A stretch of DNA of 64,000 nucleotides, taken from NCBI GenBank assembly GCA_964016885.1, contig OZ024742.1:73408001-73472000 (forward strand). The letters run 5' to 3'. Both the position numbers and the translations under genes were made by a program. This DNA is from Eledone cirrhosa (lineage: Eukaryota). Below, piece by piece: positions 1-14,284 of this stretch. The notes under the pieces were generated by a model that saw only the letters and a list, made by a program, of their open reading frames with translations, was not told where the DNA came from and did no database searches. Numbering within the stretch: the stretch's first letter is position 1; each line of letters begins with the position of its first letter.

Positions 1-919
1 AGCAAACCTCTTTACCTCAGGGTCATACCTACAGATATATACATTGAAATATGTGTAAATATAACATTGATATGTAAGTGATATACAGGACCTCACACCC
101 ATCTGAGAGATTAGTAACTCCAACTAAGTATTAACTGGATCTGTGATGACCTGTCCAACACTTACTAACAGAGAAAAACGGATGTTAAATGATATATACA
201 CAATAATATCCTTACTATTTTTTGCTCTGTATATACATGCACATATACACACTATTTTATTTGGGAGTTCAAACTTTCAAATATATTTATTCATATAACA
301 TATATACACACACACACATACATGCATGTATGTGTTCGTGTGTGTATGCATACACACACACATACATACATGCATTCATACACACATACAAATATATTTC
401 ATGTCTTCTTTCCAAGTAGAACATTATCACTGTCAGTCTAGTTACAATCTTGCTTAGTTTTCAGTCAAAGACTTAATGGAATATTCCTCATCTCCAGAAC
501 CTTCTGAACTAACCAGCTTTAGAACAAGTCATTCACTGATCGAGGGATCAAATCACTTGACAGGCAGCTGTCACATACAATATGGTATTTGATCCTCATT
601 GCATTATCTTCTTGCTCAATTCCTCTGATGAAGGTCAGATTTTCTCTGGACACTCTCTCTATCACATCTCCACAAACAAATCTAAAGCTTCTCTCTAGTT
701 TAGAAGACTAGAAGATGAAGTAAGACAATAAGGGAAAAGGACAGCCTGCATATTGTCTATATTGCTATATTGGTGTTCACTCCAAACAAAACATTTGAAA
801 TCTTTTTCTGAAACTATAATATTTATTAACACTTTCATGACAAAACTGCTTGAAAGTTGTTCGTTTTAAAGTGTTTATATTTATTTAAAAACAACCTCCC
901 ATCATAATTTAATGTAAGG

Positions 920-2100
920 AACTATGTTAAGCCAGACTCTCCCAGTTCTCCATATCAATCTTCAGAGCTTTAAGATTGTCTTTTATGACATCCTTAAACT
1001 GCTTCTTTGGTTTATGCTGTGGCATCTTCTCTCTGGTTAGTTTCCCATAAAATAATTGCTTAAGCCACTTTCCATCTTCCATCCTGAGCACATGACCTGG
1101 TTCATTCTAATCCTCCTCTCAATACTGGTGCTGCCTGCTTTCTCAAGTACAGCAGCATCAAGTGTGTAAGAGGACCACTTGATGTTCATGATGCATCAGA
1201 TACAATGATGATGAAACCTTTCCAGCTGCCTGATGTGATGCCTGTACGTTGCCCACTTTTCACATCCATATAGCAGGGCTGTAAGAAGACAGCCCTCATA
1301 CACTGTGTATCTATTGTGATACCTCGATGTGACCAGATTTGCTTCTCAAGCTTCCCGAAGGCAAGACTCGACTTCACAATCCTGTGATCTATTTCAGCAT
1401 CGAGAGTACCATCTCTAGTAAGTGTAACTCTGAGATACACGAAGCTGTCCACCACTTCAAGTCTTTTTCCTCTCATGAAAATGTCTAGCTTCACATACAC
1501 TTCCTCAACTGGTGGAGTGTACATGACCTTTGTCTTTTTTAGACTAATATTTAGCCCAAACACAGTGTATGCATTGGAGAAGGTGTCCAATATGAACTGC
1601 ATGTCCTCTACAGTGTGTACCACAAAATCTGTATCATCAGCATACAAGAACTCCCTAACAAGAGAGCCAAATATTTTGGACCTGGCGTTAAAGACTTTTC
1701 CAGAGGTTCTAATTTACAAGTATACACCAATTTCGAAGTCTTGGAAGGCAGATGTTAGCAGAATGGCAAATTAGATGGAGAACAGAGTGGGTGCAGGTAT
1801 GCCTCCTTGCTTGACACCGTTTTCCACTGAAATCAGCTCTGAAAGTGTCCCATTGAAGTTCACTTTTGCTTTCATATTTCGATGGAGTTTCTTTAATTTT
1901 CCAGCAAATTCATGGGGACATCAAAGTTTCCCCAATATGACCCACAATGCACTATGATTAACAGTATCAAAGATTTTGGTAAGGTTCACAAATACTTGGT
2001 ATACTCGCTGCTCAACACACTTCTCCATAAGCTGACGGGCTGAGAAAATCATGTCCATAGTACCCCGCCAAGCTCTGAATCCACACTGGGTTCAGGAATG
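920..2100 (-). mobile_element. Degenerate 5'-truncated RTE-clade LINE (RT region and C-terminus)
   Basis: Minus ORF 1186-1647 begins at YADDTDF and has GLNISLKKTKVM and DAEIDHRIVK. Adjacent frames read GF..RGTMDMIFSARQLMEKC and GVKQGG. Frameshifts and stops are present. Confidence 0.88.
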
Positions 2101-2320
2101 GCACCATACAATGACACAATACAATGAAGAAATATATAAATTTAACACTTGATATAGTAAGAAAAGAGTTTTAACGTTTTGGATACTAGAAATAAATGAG
2201 AAATAAAAGATGAAATAGAAAGATGGGGAGTGAGAAGCGGAAGGACTGGAAACAAACTTTTTGAGAAAAAACACGTGTGTGTTCAGTCAGCCATTCTGGA
2301 GGAAAAAAAAAGTATATATA

Positions 2321-2397
2321 CAGGGTGTCCCAAAAATGTATACACACTTTGATTAGAATGCTGTTGAAGTGTGTATACATTTTTTGAGGACATCCTG
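2321..2397. mobile_element. Miniature Tc1/mariner-type MITE
   Basis: About 30-bp terminal inverted repeats CAGGGTGTCCCAAAAATGTATACACACTT / AAGTGTGTATACATTTTTTGAGGACATCCTG, in a TA context. Confidence 0.7.
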
Positions 2398-3141
2398 TGT
2401 ATATATATATACACAATATTTGATAGATTCTGTTACCTATGTGATTTAATTAGCAGGGTTGACAGGTTCTCTGAAAGTATAGTAGGCACAATAAGAACTA
2501 GAAAACATTCTGGGAACTATTACCTATGCTAACATCAAAGAAATTCTCTCTTCGGGTGTTGTGTAGATTGTATAATGCTTGTGTATAAAGTGCAACATTG
2601 CATAGTAGCCAGACATAGGCTTTATATGAAGTGTATGTTGAAAGCTAGAAAGAAGTGAAGCAATCATACACTGTTGGATGTGTAACATTAGTGTGTACGT
2701 ATGATAAGGCATAGGTGAGTTGAGAGAAAAACTGAGTATAAGAGTAATCAGATGTAGCATGCAATGGAGATCTAGAATAACATGTAAGAGAAAAACCAAA
2801 GAAGATAGGGGTAGAAATAATAATAGGTAGTTTCAGGATGGTGAATCTCATAAAAGAAATGACAAAGAAATGGAACAGATGGTGAAGTGCTGTATAGGAG
2901 AGGATCCATACAATTCATAAAAATCAGGAAAAAAAATGTACAAATAATGATAATGATATACATATGTATATGTGTGTGTGTTAGTGTGTATATTCACCCA
3001 CCTACCCACACACACATAAATACACACACACATATATATAGAAATATGAATGTGTGTTTTAGAAATGATAAGAGAAATTTGAAATTTATGAGAAAGTTTG
3101 AGGCTTCATTGAATTTTGACTTTAGGTAAAATAGTCTCAAT

Positions 3142-3446
3142 CAGAGGTTGTCAAAGATATTTGGCATCCCTTACGGCCACGTAATACCCTTAGCACCCAT
3201 ATTTCCAGAGAGACCTGCCTATACACAAATTGTAAATAATATGTAATAAATAAAATTGTTAATTCATATTTATTAAATAATATAATATATACTATGTAAA
3301 AATAAATATTACATATTTTTTATTTTACTATATTTATATATAATGTTTCATTTGATATACTATTACATCATCTCTACTGCCTCCTTACACCCCAATGCTT
3401 CCTGGACCTTCTCAACGCCTCCTCCCGTCCAGTTTGAGAATCTCTG
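3142..3446. mobile_element. Old hAT-like MITE
   Basis: TIRs CAGAGGTTGTCAAA / TTTGAGAATCTCTG, with imperfect 8-bp flanks GTCTCAAT / GCCTAAAT. Confidence 0.5.
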
Positions 3447-4126
3447 GCCTAAATAATAGGACATATAATGGGAAAAAAATGGATATTCTCATAATCACTT
3501 AATGCCCCTCTAAAAATCCTGACATATCTGTGACTACTCCCCAATGCTTTCAGAGGTCAACCTTCCCCTCCTACTCATCACCCTATCAAATTCCACTACA
3601 CTTGCCATACATCATACTTATCTTCCTGCTCTCTGTTCCAGAGAACGGAGGGTTCTTCAATTGGGTCAATAACTGAAAACCTCTCTAGTTCTGGAGCCAC
3701 AAAAATGAACCAAGTAAACCTTATAAGGTAGTTGGCAAAATGAAGGACAACCTGCTGTAGAAACGATACCAAAAAGAGTTGTGAGGACCTTTCAGTCATG
3801 TCAATGGCACAACAATCTCTCTAGTGTTGGTGACCTTTACGATAAATACACCCAGTACACACTATAAAGTGGTTTGTGATAGGAAGGACATCCAGCCATA
3901 GAAAACTTGTCAAACAAAGAGTTGGGAGGACCTTTCAGTTGGGTCAAAGACATGACAACCTCCTTTATGCTGGTGTCACAATAAAATACACTTGGTAGAT
4001 TGCAAGATTGTATATAAGTGAGATGTATGTCGCTAGCCCATCTGAGAGGCCAGTAACCCCATATGAGTGCTTACTTGGTCTGTGAAGACCCATCCAACCC
4101 TTGTTAGCAGGGAAAATGAGCATCAA

Positions 4127-4318
4127 ATAATTGTTTCTACTTTTGGCACAAGGCCAGCAATTATCCCAGTGTATTACTGGTACTTTATTTTATCGACCCC
4201 GTAAGGATGAAAGGCAAAGTTAACCTCGGTGGGATTTGAACTCAGACCATAAAGGGCCGTAAGTCTTTGCTACAAAGCATGGCGTCCGACCCTCTACTGA
4301 TACTGCCAATCCACCATG
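4127..4318 (-). mobile_element. tRNA-derived SINE, family 1 (~190 bp)
   Basis: Reverse complement of the repeat GGATTGGCAGTATCGGTAGAG...GAGTTCAAATCCC (A/B boxes)...CTTTGCCTTTCATCCTTACGGGGTCGATAAAATAAAGTACCAG...GAAACAATTAT, found more than 10 times in the window. Confidence 0.85.
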
Positions 4319-5127
4319 AATGTGTCAATGTGTATATACACTCTCCCTCCACACACACATACATACATAGAGACAAAACCATGTAAGTGTGCTTGTACAT
4401 AGGTAGTGTATTCTTCAAACAAATTAAACCAACATGTTAGCTGAATGTTTCTATGATAAACAGAAAGTTTAAATACATATCACAGATGAATACAAAGCCA
4501 GTCTCAATAAGTAATAATAATGTTTGTTATTGTTATTATTATTGTTGTCATTAACTTGTTGCTTTAAGTGTTAGTTTCTCCTAAAAGCAGGTTGTATTTA
4601 GACTTGATTAATTTCACTAATTAGCAACAATGATGCAGCCCTCAAGAATTTCTTTTAATTACATTTGGATTGCTTAAAAACAATCTGACATACCAATGTC
4701 AATTTTAGTAAGACTGTAATGAGATTCTGTGTTGACTGACTTTCTGGTAAAGCATTAGCAGAAATTAGAGAGTTGGTTAAAGAATTAACTTCCAAGCCTT
4801 TAGTGGAACACTATTGCATTCTGTCTGACAATGATTTAGTTCTTTATTTAAAATAATGGCATAGCAAAGTTGATGTCAATTTCTTACTATTGATGATGAC
4901 AGGCGTTTATAGTTTTTAAACATTTTTACATCCATTGTCCTATACTTAGGGTTATATAGGTCTACAATTCTATTTTCTTTACATTTGTACTGTTGTTATT
5001 ATAATTGTTAAATATTGCCAGTTATTCTGACTAAATTCAGAGTCCTACATACAAGGATCAGCTGAAAAGTTCATAGGCTGTCCAAGATACTCTCCTTGAA
5101 TGACCAAATGAGGTTTATTTTCAACAG

Positions 5128-6092
5128 TACTGAAATATGCAGATGACATCAAGCTGTATCTTGAGATAAAAAGGACAAATCCTGAACACTATAGATCTTT
5201 CCTGCAATCAGACCTGGACACAATGCAACAATGGATCACGGACTGGCAACTCAAGTTGTACCACCATGTATTTTGGGAGTAAAAACCCAGTGTCCACATA
5301 CTCCCTCCACAACACTAATATCAAGAAGTCTTCTTGTGAACGTGACCTGGGCATTACTGTCAGCAGCGATTTGCGCTGGACGAAGCACGTCTCTAAAATT
5401 GTCAAGAAGGCCGAGGGTGTCTTAGCATCAATCAGTAAGACCTTTGTCAGCCGCTCTCCAGCTATCTGTTTAAAGCTGTATATAGCTATGGTGCAGCCAC
5501 ACTTAGAATTTACATCACCAGTCTGGGACCCCTATCTTGCTCAGAACATTGACCACCTGGAAACTATTCAGAGATGTGCAACCAAGCGAATATCCTCCAT
5601 CAGGCATCTACCATACTCTGAACGCCTTGCTTCCCTGGGCATGGATACACTGAAGCTCCGGTGTCAGGCAACTGACTTGGTAAACACACAAAATTATTAA
5701 CCATCTTGCCAAAAACAACCCTGAGCATCTTTTTGATTTCCATGTGTCTAACATACACGGGTATGTCTACAAAGTCAGAAAACAGCACAGCTCCCATGAC
5801 TCTCGGAAACATTTTTTCACACTCAGAGTTGCTGAAGCATGGAACAAACTACCTGCATCAGTTGTTAGCTGTTGAGACACTGCATCCTTTAAAACCTGCA
5901 TACTTCCTGAGATTCGCCAACACTACACCTGATTTCCCCCCTCCATACACACGCACACATGTATTTCATGACTCGTACACTGTTCATTTTCCTGACATTT
6001 ATACATTATTCTATGTACTATACATGCACCTTTGATGAGTTGTAGTGCACCTGAGCACTGTACACAATAATTTCATTATTATTATTATTATA
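5128..6092 (+). mobile_element. 5'-truncated CR1/L2-group LINE with 3' UTR and (ATT)n tail
   Basis: KYADDIKLY, LQSDLD, ERDLGITV and YIAMVQPHLEFTSPVWDPY motifs, frameshifted. Ends in ATTATTATT at ~6075-6090. Confidence 0.88.
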
Positions 6093-6099
6093 GTAGTGA

Positions 6100-6295
6100 G
6101 GTGGATTGGCAGTATTGGTAGAGGGTCGGACGCCATGCTTTGATGTATAGAGTTACGGCCCTTGCCATTCTGAGTTCAAATCCCGCCGAGGTTAACTTTG
6201 CCTTTCATTCTTACAGGGGTCGATAAAATAAAGTACCAGTAATGCACTGGGTAATTGCTGGCCTTGTGCCAAAAGTAGAAACAATTATTATTATT
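6100..6295 (+). mobile_element. SINE family 1 copy
   Basis: Full-length match to the family-1 consensus with an (ATT)n tail. Confidence 0.85.
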
Positions 6296-6499
6296 TTATA
6301 ATCTCTGGAAAGAAACAATGCAGTTGAAATTAATGCATGCAAGATTTCACAGCTCTAGCATCACTCCTCTATAGTCAGTCTATGAACTTTATACATTATA
6401 GTTTTCCAGGATGTCTATTAGTGACTATTAAAAAAGAAAGAAGGAAAGTCAACAATGTCTATGCATAATTTCAGGTTCAATAAGACTTGCATGATACTT

Positions 6500-7325
6500 C
6501 ATAGACCTTCTCTACTATATTGGAATGGTCATAGACCTTCTCTACTATATTGGAATGGTCCATTGATCTTCTCTACTATATTGGAATGGTCATAGATCTT
6601 CTCTACTATATTGGAATGGTCCATAGACCTTCTCTACTATATTGGAATGGTCCATAGACCTTCTCTACTATATTGGAATGGTCCATAGACCTTCTCTACT
6701 ATATTGGAATGGTCCATAGATCTTCTCTACTATATTGGAATGGTCCATAGACCTTCTCTACTATATTGGAATGGTCCATTGATCTTCTCTACTATATTGG
6801 AATGGTCATAGATCTTCTCTATATTGGAATGGTCCATAGATCTTCTCTACTATATTGGAATGGTCATAGATCTTCTCTACTATATTGGAATGGTTCATAG
6901 ACCTTCTCTACTATATTGGAATGGTCCATAGACCTTCTCTACTATATTGGAATGGTCCATAGACCTTCTCTACTATATTGGAATGGTCCATTGATCTTCT
7001 CTACTATATTGGAATGGTCATAGATCTTCTCTACTATATTGGAATGGTCCATAGACCTTCTCTACTATATTGGAATGGTCCATAGACCTTCTCTACTATA
7101 TTGGAATGGTCCATAGACCTTCTCTACTATATTGGAATGGTCCATTGATCTTCTCTACTATATTGGAATGGTCCATAGATCTTCTCTACTATATTGGAAT
7201 GGTCCATAGACCTTCTCTACTATATTGGAATGGTCCATAGATCTTCTCTACTATATTGGAATGGTCCATAGACCTTGTCTACTATATTGGAATGGTCCAT
7301 AGACCTTCTCTACTATATTGGTATC
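6500..7325. repeat. 30-31 bp minisatellite, about 27 copies
   Basis: Unit TCCATAGACCTTCTCTACTATATTGGAATGG in head-to-tail tandem with no unique spacers. Confidence 0.97.
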
Positions 7326-10300
7326 GTCCAGAGAAAAACTGAGGCCAAATATCTAGTGTCATTAAAGGTCACAGACTTGACAGTGTCTGACTTAGAGGTG
7401 TCATCATCTTCAGTTGACACTGAAGATACTCCAAATGACTAAGTGTCCTATAATATGGTTGTTAAGGTGACACCTTAGTAAACATTCTTTCCAAACAGTA
7501 TCTGTAGCCAGGTCTGGTTTAAGGAAGTGTTGGCTACTATTTCTAGTAATTTAAGTAACCACATAGAGCCTCCATTGTTGGCTTAAGTGTTAAGTTAGAG
7601 ACAGAGAGAACAGTAATGACTGTAGCAATATAACAATAAAGCTATATTGCTTTATTCCAATTCAGCAATAGGAAAGAGAAAATAGTAAGTTCTAAAGCTA
7701 CAGATGTAATGAAATAACAAAAGACAACCAGTTTATCTTTAATCCGAATGTCTATATTTTATACAACAATAAGCCTATATGTCTGTCTCTATAGAATTAT
7801 GTTTTCTCTCTTATAATACTTTCTTTGCGCAATTGCTTCATTTTTCCATCTATTTCAAGAAATATGTTTTTTTTTTTTTTTTTTCAAAACCAATCTATTG
7901 ATCTTTCAACTATATTTGTAAAATATAATAGCTTGAATGGCTCTAAAGTTGACCTTCATTTCTTGCTTCTCTCTCTCCCTATATATATATATATATATAT
8001 ATACTTTTGTACAGTTTTCTTCATATCAAAAACGATCCTTGACTATATTTAGTTAATCTGATAGCCTAAATTCATATATATATTTTTTAAGGAGGAGGTA
8101 AGGAGTAATGAAGTTTCTCTCAACACAAGAATACAGTGGAATTAAAAATGAAAGACAAATATGAAGGTGAACTAGGAAAAGATATTTTTGAAAACTCCAT
8201 TTAATAACATAGTTTGTTTGACTGGAACTAATCTCTAAGCTTTTTACAGATGAAGTCAGTCTTAGCCAGTTTTAGACTCAAGTAGAATCCCTCTTCATAC
8301 AAAAGAGTGGTTAACAATCCTGACATTGTTTATATAAGTATCTCAATCTTTAATCTGAGTGTTAAAATTATTTTTTCTGGTTTAATCTTTTTGATAGAAA
8401 ACTACCTGAAATTGTTTCTGTTTTTATGATACTAAACTTTATTTTAAAGTGTTTCTATTGATCTAAAACCCTCCTCTTCATTCTATGTAAGAGCCTTTCT
8501 TAAATTATGTTGCAAATACCAGCTTAATAATTGGTTGTAATTTAGGCACAGGGTCAGCAATTGTGAGGAGATGGGAAAGTTGATGAAATTGACCCCATAA
8601 CCTAATTAGTACTTCCTCAAAAGAGTAAAAGGCAAAGTTGACCTCAAAGGGATTTGAACTCAGAATGTATAGAGGTGTAACAAATATCATAAAGCATTTT
8701 AGCTAATAATTAAAAAATTCTGAAAGTTAGTTACATCAGTAAACACCTTCCAAATTCTTGATTATTTTGAAAGTGATTTGAAAATTATAGGCAGTGTTTT
8801 GGATTAGAAATGTGGTAATGAAAGGATTAAATGAATTTATTGTGGAATTCTTTGAAAAGCCAGATAACTAAAGAAGAAAATATCGACTACAATGTGAGTT
8901 TAACCCTTTAGCATTCACATTACTCTATATTTATTATTATATTTTCACAATAAAGGCTTTGCCTCACAGAAGTATCGCACATAATATTGAATCTATGAGA
9001 TTTTGATAGTATTTATTTTGAGAACAATACCTTAACATCAGTATGAGTGGCTGGTTACAGCTGGTTTAAACAGATTAATCACAGATTTTTTTTGCATGTT
9101 GACTCTAGCAATATCTAAATACAATAAAAGCACAGACACAATAGTCATGAGATTAAAAATGTCTTGTTTAATTTTTCAAAGTTTGGTTGGAGTGCCACGA
9201 CTAAGCGAAGGAAAAGTAGGGGAGAAGAGAGAAAAAAAGTATTGAACTCATAGTCTGACATCCTCTCCTCTTTCTCCTCTCTTTCTTCCGTTGTCAAACA
9301 GTCCTTGCTCTTTCCCTTCTTTTCTTCTCATTTATGACATTTATAGTCCTTTACTTTACTTTCCTATACAGCCAGACCTGCATTTCTTTACCCCTTCCCC
9401 TTTTTCTTCATTACTTAACTGTGTTTTTTCCCTTTTTTAATATTTCCATCATTGTATAACTTTTGTTTGTAAAATTCCTTAATTAACAATAAATAAAATT
9501 CAGATATAACTCCTTAAAAGACAGCAAATTGTCTAAAAATATGCCATGATATAAAATTGTCTATTACAGTAATATTATGTACCCTCACTTGGCAACAGGC
9601 CTTAACAATGTAACTACCACTTCCCCCAGATATCTCATATGATGACACTATCATACTTTACATGTCAAGTCTTTACTAAACCTTCATCATATTAACTCTT
9701 AACATCCTGTAATGATATAATGGAAAATATTTAAAAACAGGTTTCTTAATTCAAATGTTTATAGTATCTTTACTAGTGGACAGGTGTTTGTGAAAATTTA
9801 CAGTAGGCTAAAGAAAAGACTTCAATTTTTAATGTGATGCAGCCATAGTGCCGTTTTGTATTTTTCAAGAATGTCTTGCTAATGCAATTTATGCAATACA
9901 GAACATTAGAAATTGGCAGGTCATTTAAGTTGTTACAATCTCCATAGCATTCCTACAGGAACAAATCATGAAGGATACCAAACATTACTTTAGACCAAAT
10001 GGTATAGACTATTACTAATGGAGTAACTGCATTGCCAGAATACCGGCAATGCTAAGTGTACAACATAGTGTTATACAGAAGAAAATTACAAGTTTCACCC
10101 TTTTATTACTATATTACTAATGAAATACATTGTCTATAAGTTGTCATCCTTATTATAATTAATTTGAAACATTTGAAAAATTTAATGAAATAACTAACCT
10201 TTTCATTATTAAGCTAAAGTTTGAAGAATAAAAATTTCTTAAATAAAGGAAGGTTTTAATATAAGAATTAACATTTTAAAATGGACAGTTTTATATCATA

Positions 10301-10371
10301 GAAGCAAGGCAAGTTGGTATCAAAAGGGTTGATAATATTACGGTTGGGTGGAAGTAGTGTGACTGTAGCTA

Positions 10372-10550
10372 ATAATTGTTTCTATTTTCGGCACAAGGCC
10401 AGCAATTACTCCAGTACATTACAGGTGGTTTATTTTATTGACCCCGTAAGGATGAAAGGCAAAGTTAACCTCGGTGGGATTTGAACTCAAACCGTAATGG
10501 GCTGTAACTCTATGCTGCAAAGCATGGTGTCCGGCCCTGTACCAATTCTG
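10372..10550 (-). mobile_element. SINE family 1 copy
   Basis: Reverse-complement match to the family-1 consensus. Confidence 0.8.
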
Positions 10551-11034
10551 CAATCTCAAAAAGTTAGTCAGATGCAGTGTGTTCAACTGTAGGCTACTCA
10601 GTATGGATGGAGATTTCAAGCAGGTATGGCTGTGGTGGTTGAGAAGTTTGCTTCCCAGCCACATGGTTCTTGATTCAATCCCACTGCATGGCACCTTGGA
10701 TACATAGCTTCTGCTACAGTCGTGGGTAAACCAATGATCTGTGTATAATTTGACAAGCAGAAAATGTATGAAAGCTTGTTATGTATGTGTGTATCTATCT
10801 ATTTATATATAAGATGTGATTAAAAGAATTCACCACATGAGGAAGAGCATCTGGCTGTAAAAGACTACCTCAAAAAGTACCATCAAAGCGATACCAACAT
10901 TGAAAATTGAATGTAAAAACAGTTAAGAAACCCCAGTAGAATATTGCTGAGTAACTTGAACCCAGTTTTCATTGTTTCACACTGTAATGCTTGCTTCATA
11001 AGTTAACTTGTGGTTGGATTTATTGCTTAATAAT

Positions 11035-11219
11035 TTTTCTACTTTTAGCACAAGGCCAGCAATCACCCCAGTGCATTACTGGTGCTTTATTTTATCGACC
11101 CCATAAGGATGAAAGGCAAAGTTAACCTCGGCAGGATTTGAACTCAGAACGTAAATGGCAACAACTCTATGCTGCAAAGCATGGTGTCTGACACTACTGA
11201 TACTGCCAATCCACCATCC
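11035..11219 (-). mobile_element. SINE family 1 copy with 16-bp target-site duplication
   Basis: Flanked by TTTATTGCTTAATAAT at 11019-11034 and 11220-11235. Confidence 0.88.
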
Positions 11220-11399
11220 TTTATTGCTTAATAATAATCTCAATTGGTTGTCTACCTTTTAGTCAATGTACCATTTAATCCCTGTTAGTGCTGAGAGAAG
11301 ACCACAGGGTATAAAACAACTAGTGTCTGATTGGTGGCTGGAATTTAAAAAAAAATAAATTGAATAAATGATTGCCCTCCAATTTCAAATGGGTTAAAC

Positions 11400-11607
11400 C
11401 AGTGGTTCTCAACCTTTTTTTGCCAACGGCACACCTTGGAACACATGAAAAAATAGCGGCACACCTGGCTAAATATATATGAAAAATATTTGAATTTTAC
11501 AAAATAAAAATTGGGATCACGTGGTTTTTCACATTTTCTTAGTGTGCCATTCAAAATTTTGCGGCACACTTAAGAAGATCTCGCGGAACACTGGTTGAGA
11601 ATCACTG
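11400..11607. mobile_element. hAT (Charlie-like) MITE
   Basis: TIRs CAGTGGTTCTCAACC / GGTTGAGAATCACTG with a perfect 8-bp TSD GGTTAAAC (11392-11399, 11608-11615). Confidence 0.9.
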
Positions 11608-11964
11608 GGTTAAACAAACAAACCAAAGTTTAAAATAGCTTCACCCGACAAAGAAAATAGAAAAATTAGATGGATATAAGAATTAGGGGTGAATTACGAT
11701 GTAAAAAACAAAAGAAACCTAAATCAAAATAGAGCCAAGTAAACCCTGAAAAAAAACTAGAAATAACTTTTTTTTTAGTTTTAAAATGTTGATTGTGTGA
11801 GGTAAATTTGACAGTTAATCAATATAAAAACATGATAAAACTAAATCTATAGAGCACTGACAATTCCTGTTTGACTTCATATCACTTCATATTATTGTCG
11901 GTCACTAAACACAACAGCAAAGACCAGTGTTTAAAAAAATCTAAGAAACAAACAATGGGGAGAA

Positions 11965-12078
11965 ACTACTACTACTACTACCACCACCACCACCACCACC
12001 ACCACCACCACCACCACCACCACCACTACTACTACTACCATCACCACTACCACTACCATTAATACTAATACTAATAAT
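11965..12078. repeat. (TAC)n/(CAC)n trinucleotide microsatellite
   Basis: Direct reading. Confidence 0.95.
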
Positions 12079-13079
12079 AAACAAAAATTATCCTGAAAAA
12101 TCATTGTTTATAGTGAGCTCATGATGAATGACAGACCATGTTTGTTGGCATGCTTTGGTGCCAAATAAGAATTTGTAGCCAAAGCAGAGTCCCTGAAGAA
12201 ATAAGTTATTCAGCGATTTGTCAGTAAATTCATCAATGGCCTGATCCTATTTTTCCTATATATATGTGTACATGTCTTTCTGTCCTTCCATAAACTTCTA
12301 GAACAATTTTCATCATTGACCAACACAAAGCTGACAGTATTTATCAATTAAACTTTGCATTCATCAAAATCTAAATCTCTGATAAATTTTCAACAATATT
12401 TCGATGATTCCACAATATGAAAAATGTTCTTTAAACCTTTTGTTACCATATTTCTAATAAATGACACTGCCTATGATTTTTTAACTATTTAGAAAATAAC
12501 CAAGAATTTGGAGATATTTAGTAATATAACTAACTTTCTCATTATTAAGCTGGTGTTAACAAAGGATCTTACATAAAATTATGATGGAAGGTTGTTTTTT
12601 TTATATATATAAACACTTTAAAATAAACAGTTTAGTATTGTTAGAACTAAGGGCAGTTTTATGCAGTTTGGTGTCAAAAAGATTAACTTTTTAAATCTGC
12701 ACTAATATGCATGTGAGGGTACAGTGACCATTATAAGTGTAGAATCATTGAGTAGATTTTCAAATTTTGGATATTTTGAAAGTTTGCAAATAAAACTGAA
12801 GAAAAATAAAGAAAATAAATATATACTGAAAACAAATGATAAAGATTTGTTTAATAATACCTAATTTCACACTTTTGATACAAAATCACCTAAAACAACC
12901 CCTTGTTTTTATGATATGATACTGCTTGCTTTATATTTAACATCTTACATCATAATTTTATATAAGAACCTTTGTTGAATTTGCATAGTTCTGCTTATCG
13001 TTTTTGATTCAGAACTATTAGTTAAAATGCAAGTATGTGTGATGTCCGAATGAGCATCCTCCACCTCCAACTAAATTAT

Positions 13080-13675
13080 TCTCTACCTCTTGGTCCTGAT
13101 CGACAGGATGGAGAATATATCGCCCCCAGAGGACGATGAGGGAGACACTGTAATAGCAACTCCACCTCGCAGGGCTCACACTTGCAGGCAGCTAACTTTG
13201 CTCCAATAGCAGTGAGCAGGGATGCAGTTTGGGGGCCAAGAATGCCGGAAGTTTCCACTGCTACAGGCTCTACCACAAACCTATCAGAAAGCAACCGATA
13301 CTTAGGCAGTTTTCCCTCTTTGACCTGGCAGTCAGTAGAGTCTGGGCTGGTAGCTGAATGCACCAGATTGCCACAGGGGAAGGTGTCACAGCATATGGCA
13401 TCCCAGATGAGGAGTCTACCTCCATGGAACAGGAAGATTATCATACTGTCTGGCCTTTTGCTGTCCCCTTGGTCCAGCCCCACTGGCTCAAGCTGCAAAG
13501 GGAAGCCTGCGCCATCCAGTTCATGCTTTATAATCTCGTTGAGAGCATCAAGGCGTGGGAGGTGGCCAACACTGTAAAAGCATGACAGTGGGTGAAGACC
13601 AAAAGGATCCACTGTGGTACTGCAACAGCATTTGTGAGGCTCACAGACCTGAGGCCGATTAAGCTCTAAACACCA
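13080..13675 (-). mobile_element. Remnant of a CRE-like non-LTR retrotransposon (CCHC knuckle plus restriction-like endonuclease C-terminus)
   Basis: Minus frame reads VCEPHKCCCSTTVDPFGLHPLSC...LNEII...LEPVGLDQGDSKRPD...LIWD..C.DT...PVAVETSG, the C-X-C..H..C plus RPD...D layout of RLE-type elements. Confidence 0.75.
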
Positions 13676-14284
13676 GATTAATAAATAACAAGAAAATTAT
13701 TTTACTAAATCTTGCCAAAATCATGGTTAATTTCAAAATCATTTGAAAATCACATGAAATTTTTTATTAGAAATATAGTAACAAATGGATTAAATTGTTT
13801 TTTTCCAAAGTCTTCCATTGTTTAAAATTTCCTCTTTTTCGCCAGTCTTTCTCTGTTGGAAATGCCACCATTTGAAATTCCTTCCAAGTCCACCAACATT
13901 TTTCTTACAAACATCAACCTACAGATACATGCTGAAAGTGAACATTTATCACATCAATATTACCAGTCTGAGAGTGGGGTTTGTAAATGTTATAGGCATT
14001 GTCCCTTCTGCTCTTTTGACTAACTTACTTGAGCCAACAAGGGAGCCTCTTTGTGGTTGATTGATTTGCTGGAAACAGTAGCTGAATCTATCTCTCTCAA
14101 ATTAGAGTCCACCATCTTAAAAATAGACACATTGCACAATGTGGTCCTGAGTTCTCAGTAAATAGTAAAAGGATGGGATTGTCGCAACTGGAATACCTTT
14201 GATCATAGGTTTGTTCAATGGCCCTAAACCATAACAACAAGTAACTTACAAATAAAAAATAGCAGTCTTAATTATAGTGAATTC

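Larger units (their letters stand above)
5048..6390. mobile_element. Mariner-derived MITE split by nested CR1 and SINE insertions
   Basis: Inverted termini AAAGTTCATAGGCTG (~5067) and CAGTCTATGAACTTT (~6376) bracket the CR1 fragment and a SINE. Confidence 0.5.

Noticed and set aside
620-665. CTGATGA followed by a hairpin (GTCAGA...TCTGGAC)
   Set aside because: No GAAA or cleavage triplet follows.
6500-7325. CRISPR-like 30-31 bp repeat array
   Set aside because: Units abut with no unique spacers, no cas genes are present, and the context is eukaryotic.
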